In this document: piece by piece, positions 60,475 to 64,000 of the stretch
Position numbering within the stretch: the first letter of the stretch is position 1
How the letters are laid out: each line of letters opens with the position of its first letter
DNA from: Scyliorhinus canicula
Taxonomy: Eukaryota
Direction: 5' to 3'
Assembly (NCBI RefSeq): GCF_902713615.1
Contig: NC_052149.1
Span: 153,760,379-153,824,378, forward strand
DNA length: 64,000 nt
The notes under the pieces: generated by a model
Told to the model about the DNA's origin: nothing
The model's database searches: none
What the model saw: the letters and a program-made list of their open reading frames with translations, nothing else
Program-made: the position numbers and the translations under genes

Positions 60475-62498
60475 TGCAGTGCTGGCCCAAGGCATCCGAG
60501 GACATCCTCCGCGACTGCTTGGAGTCTGTGGACTGGTCCATATTAAAGGCCGCGGCAGCTAACCTTTGATGAGTACACAACCACTGTCACAGACTTCATC
60601 AGTAAGTTTGTCGAGGGCTGTGTACCAAAGAAGACAATACGGGTATTCCCCAATCGAAAACCCTGGCTCAACCAAAAGGTTCACTCCCTGCTGAAGTTCC
60701 GGAAGGAGGCGTTCAAGTCCGACGACCCTGACCGACATAAGAAATCCAGCTATGATTGATGGACCGATCAGGGATGCCAAAAGACAATACCGCATCAAAC
60801 TAGAGTCCCAGGCCAACGACACAAACTCACGACTACTATGGCAGGGCTGACACAAGATCACAGGCTACAAAGCAAGGCCAGGCAGAGTATCTGGGGCTAG
60901 AGCATCCCTCCCCGATGAACTGAACAAGCAGTCAGCCAATTCATCACTGCCACCCGCCCCAACAGCCCTGGACACAGCCATACCCACTATTACAGCCTCA
61001 GAGGTATGAGCTACATTCTTGAAAGCGATGGGCCCCGACAGAGTCCCTGGGCAAGCATTCAGAGCCTGCGCAGACCAGCTGGTATTCGTAGACATCTTCA
61101 ACACCTCACTCTGAGGTCCCCACCTCCTCCAGGAAGACCACCAAAGAAGGACAACTTAGCCTGCCTCAAAAACTACCGACCGATGTCCCTGAAGTCTGTT
61201 ATCATGAAATGCTTCAAGCAGCTTGTCATGAGACGGATCAACGGCAGCCTCCCAGATGGTCTCGATCCATTGCAGTTCGCCCATCACTGCAACCGGTCCA
61301 CAGCAGATGCTATCTCCCTGGCTCTACAATCAACACTCGAACACCTCGACAACAAGAACACCTATGTGAGACTGCTGTTCATAGACTACAGCTCTGCGTT
61401 CAACACCGTTATCCCGACGACGACATAACCAAACACTGCAATCTTGGACTTGACCCGTCCCTGTGCAGCTGGATCCTTGACTTCCTCACCAACAGACCAC
61501 AATCTGTCAGGATAAGCAACAGCACCTCCTCCACATTAGTCCTCAACACCGGGGCCTCGCGAGGATGTATGCTCAGTCCTCTACTATACTCCCTATACAC
61601 ACAACTGTGCGGCAAGATTTAACTCCAACTCAATCTATAAGTTTGCAGATGATACGACTGTGGTGGGTTGTATCTCAAACAATAACGAATCAGACTACAG
61701 AAGGGCGATAAATCACTTGGTTGCATGGTGTACCGAAAACAACCTCTCCAAATGTCGGAAAGACCAAGGAACTGATCATCGACTTCAGGAAGCATAGCAC
61801 GACAACCCCGTCCCCGGTCTTCATCAATGGCTCTGATAGCTTTATGCTCCTGGGGGTCACCATCGGCAACCGTCTGTCCTGGCCCACTCACAGTGATGCA
61901 ACAACGTCTCTACTTCCAACGGCAGCTGAAGAAATTCGGCATGTCTGCATCGACTCTCACAAACTTCTACAGATATACCTCAGTGATCATCCTATCCGGC
62001 TGCAACACAGCTTGGAATGGCAACTGCTCGATCGCTAGAAACTGCAGTGTGGTGAACTCAGCCCAACGCATCATACAAGCTTGCCACCTGCACATTGATT
62101 CTGTCTACACCTCCTGCTACCTCAGGAAGGCAGACAGTATTATCAGAGACCCCTCCCACCCAGGCTTTATCCTCTTCCAGATCCTTCCATCAGGTAGAAG
62201 ATACAGAAGTCTGAAGATCCGCACATTCAGACATAGGAACAGGTTCTTTCCTACAGCTACTAGACTCCTCAACGACTCACCCTCGGACTAATCTGTTCCC
62301 TGTAAGCACTAATCACAACGTCCTATACTGCTCTTGCTCATGTATTTGCTTTGTTTGGCCCCTTGTTCCACACTGTAACCAATCACTTTATCAATGTACT
62401 TTGTCGCTTATTCTTTTTTTGACTCCTGCGTTCCTTTGGCCGCAGAAAATACTTTTCGCTGAACTTCGGTACATGTGAAATAAATCAAATCCAATCAA
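60475..62498 (+). mobile_element. Rex1/Babar LINE, 5'-truncated and decayed
   Basis: [45 protein letters not shown] and LPSGRRYRS, with tail aataaatcaaatccaatc. Confidence 0.88.
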
Positions 62499-62577
62499 CA
62501 TGGGTGCATTTTCTGTGATCAACTTCATAATCATCAGATTTATAATCCAAATATTCTTCATTTCCACATAATGTAGA

Positions 62578-62800
62578 TTTAAAAAAAAAAATTTAGAGTA
62601 CCTAATTCATTTTTTCCAATTAAGGGGCAGTTTAGCGTGGCCAATCCACCTACCTGCACATCTTTGGGTTGTGGGGGCGAAACCCATGCAAACACGGGAG
62701 AATGTGCAAACTCCACAAGGACAGTGACACACAGCCAGGATCGAACCTGCGACCTCAGCGCCGTGAGGCAGCAGTGCTAACTACTGCACGACCGTGCTGT
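62578..62800 (-). mobile_element. Short A-tailed V-SINE
   Basis: TSD CACATAATGTAGATTT / CACATAATACAGATTT. Confidence 0.9.
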
Positions 62801-62854
62801 TCACATAATACAGATTTAAACCGAAATTATGCTTGGAGGCGAAATCAGAATTTG

Positions 62855-63526
62855 GGGCGGAATTCTCCGACTCCCCCGGAGGGTCGGAGAATCGCCCGGG
62901 GCCCGCCGTGTCCTGAATTCTCCGCCCCCTGAGATTCGGCTGGGGTGGAAATTGCACCAGTTGGTGGGCCCCCCACGGCAATTCTCCGGCCCATGATGGG
63001 CCGAAGTCCCACCGCTGACCGGCCTTTCCCGCCGGCGTGGTTTCAACCACCTCTGGTACCGGCGGGATTGGCGACGGGGCGGGGTCCGGGAGGGGAGGGG
63101 GGGGGCGCATCTGACCCCGGGGTTTCCCCACGATGGCCTGGCCCGCGATCGGGGTACACCGATCGGCGGGCGGGCCTGTGCCATGGGGGCACTCCCTTTT
63201 CTTCCGCCCCCCCCATGGCCTTCACCACGGCGGAGGTGGAAGTGACCCCCTCCCCTGCGCATGCGCCGGTATGCCGTCAGCAGCCGCTGACGCACCGGTG
63301 CATGCGTGTACTTCCGCCGGCCGGTGAAGTCCTTTCGGCCCCGACTGGCGGTGCGCCAAAGGCCGTTCGCGCCACCCGGCGGAGCGGGAACCACTCTGGC
63401 GCAGGCCTAGCCCCTCAATGTGAGGGCTTGGCCCCTAAAGGTGCGGAGAATCCACACCTTTGGGGAGGCCCGACGCCGGAATGGTTCACGCCACTCCGTC
63501 CCGGCGGGTAGGGGAGAATCCCGGCC
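62855..63526. mobile_element. GC/CpG-rich MITE, probably PIF/Harbinger-derived
   Basis: TIRs GGGCGGAATTCTCC / (rc) GGCCGGGATTCTCC. 3-bp flanks TTG / CTG (CWG-like). Confidence 0.6.
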
Positions 63527-63544
63527 CTGGAGTCCCCTTAAAAG

Positions 63545-63715
63545 GAAGAACAGATATTGGTATAATACCTTTGGCATTCTCAATCAGCCGAAAGTTGTTC
63601 ATGTCCAATGCATTATTTTGAACTGTAGCCACTTATAACTATTTGCAGCTAAACACCCCAAAATAGTAATCACACAAATGAACAATTAAGCTGTTTTTAG
63701 TGGTGCTGTTGTGGT
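63545..63715 (-). mobile_element. Highly decayed Deu-domain SINE 3' part
   Basis: ccaatg..ttttgaactgtagccact..ctgtttttagtggtg resembles the reverse complement of the 33262 element. Confidence 0.45.
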
Positions 63716-64000
63716 TTGCCTTTCTCATGTGCTTTATCGCTTCTCCTTAAATGTATCTTTTGTTATTTGCCCCAATATATGGCCTTATCTTCCTGAGACT
63801 GAGATGTAATTTGTTTTTTGCCTCATCAGACTGTTGTTTCCTGCTCTGAAACGATTTCAGTTTTCATTTGCTGCTTTGTGAAGCTGTAGCTTGCAAATAT
63901 TTTTAAGAAAGTGTCCATTGATTAGATGTAGCAGATAATATCAAACAAGTGCTGCTTGTGGGGTGCATTCTTCATTACCAATAGTCATTGAAAATGCCAT

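Noticed and set aside
62816-63511. Long overlapping ORFs or a CpG-island promoter
   Set aside because: Explained by stop-poor GC-rich MITE sequence bounded by TIRs.
1-64000. Prokaryotic or phage system, CRISPR array, rRNA
   Set aside because: The window is a spliced vertebrate gene with retroposon-filled introns. There are no regularly spaced repeat-spacer units, operons or rRNA similarity.

Overview
This is vertebrate genomic DNA, almost certainly from a shark or ray. HE1-type V-SINEs, HER1/CR1 LINEs and Deu-domain SINEs dominate, and a catshark (Scyliorhinus) origin is plausible but inferred. The whole window lies inside one + strand gene, the H3K9 demethylase KDM3B (JMJD1B). Twelve internal coding exons (110-234, 1063-1194, 1691-1790, 5416-6173, 11203-11336, 20279-21648, 29299-29500, 35232-35446, 52046-52198, 54412-54519, 57101-57228, 59369-59699) have GT-AG boundaries and splice into one stop-free frame of 3756 nt (1252 codons). 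That frame runs from the N-terminal conserved domain through the low-complexity region and C6 zinc finger to LHWLADLA; the JmjC domain lies beyond the window. The introns hold L1, CR1, L2 and Rex1/Babar LINEs, about 20 tRNA-derived SINEs, hAT and Harbinger-like DNA elements, a Gypsy LTR element and a Penelope-like palindrome. The most interesting observations are: (1) one V-SINE core carried with three different 3' tails, where the A-tailed form consistently has long L1-type TSDs, suggesting a switch of partner LINE; (2) a canonical AT-hook/RG motif in this KDM3B, followed at once by a candidate intronic stop and polyA signal; (3) JMJD1C-like motifs and extra exons retained in KDM3B; (4) composite SINE 5' junctions that copy flanking DNA and capture an L1 fragment; (5) a decayed hammerhead-bearing palindrome; and (6) reciprocal hAT/L1 nesting with recoverable TSDs. 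No prokaryotic, CRISPR or true tRNA/rRNA features were found. Repeat boundaries are approximate unless TSDs are quoted.
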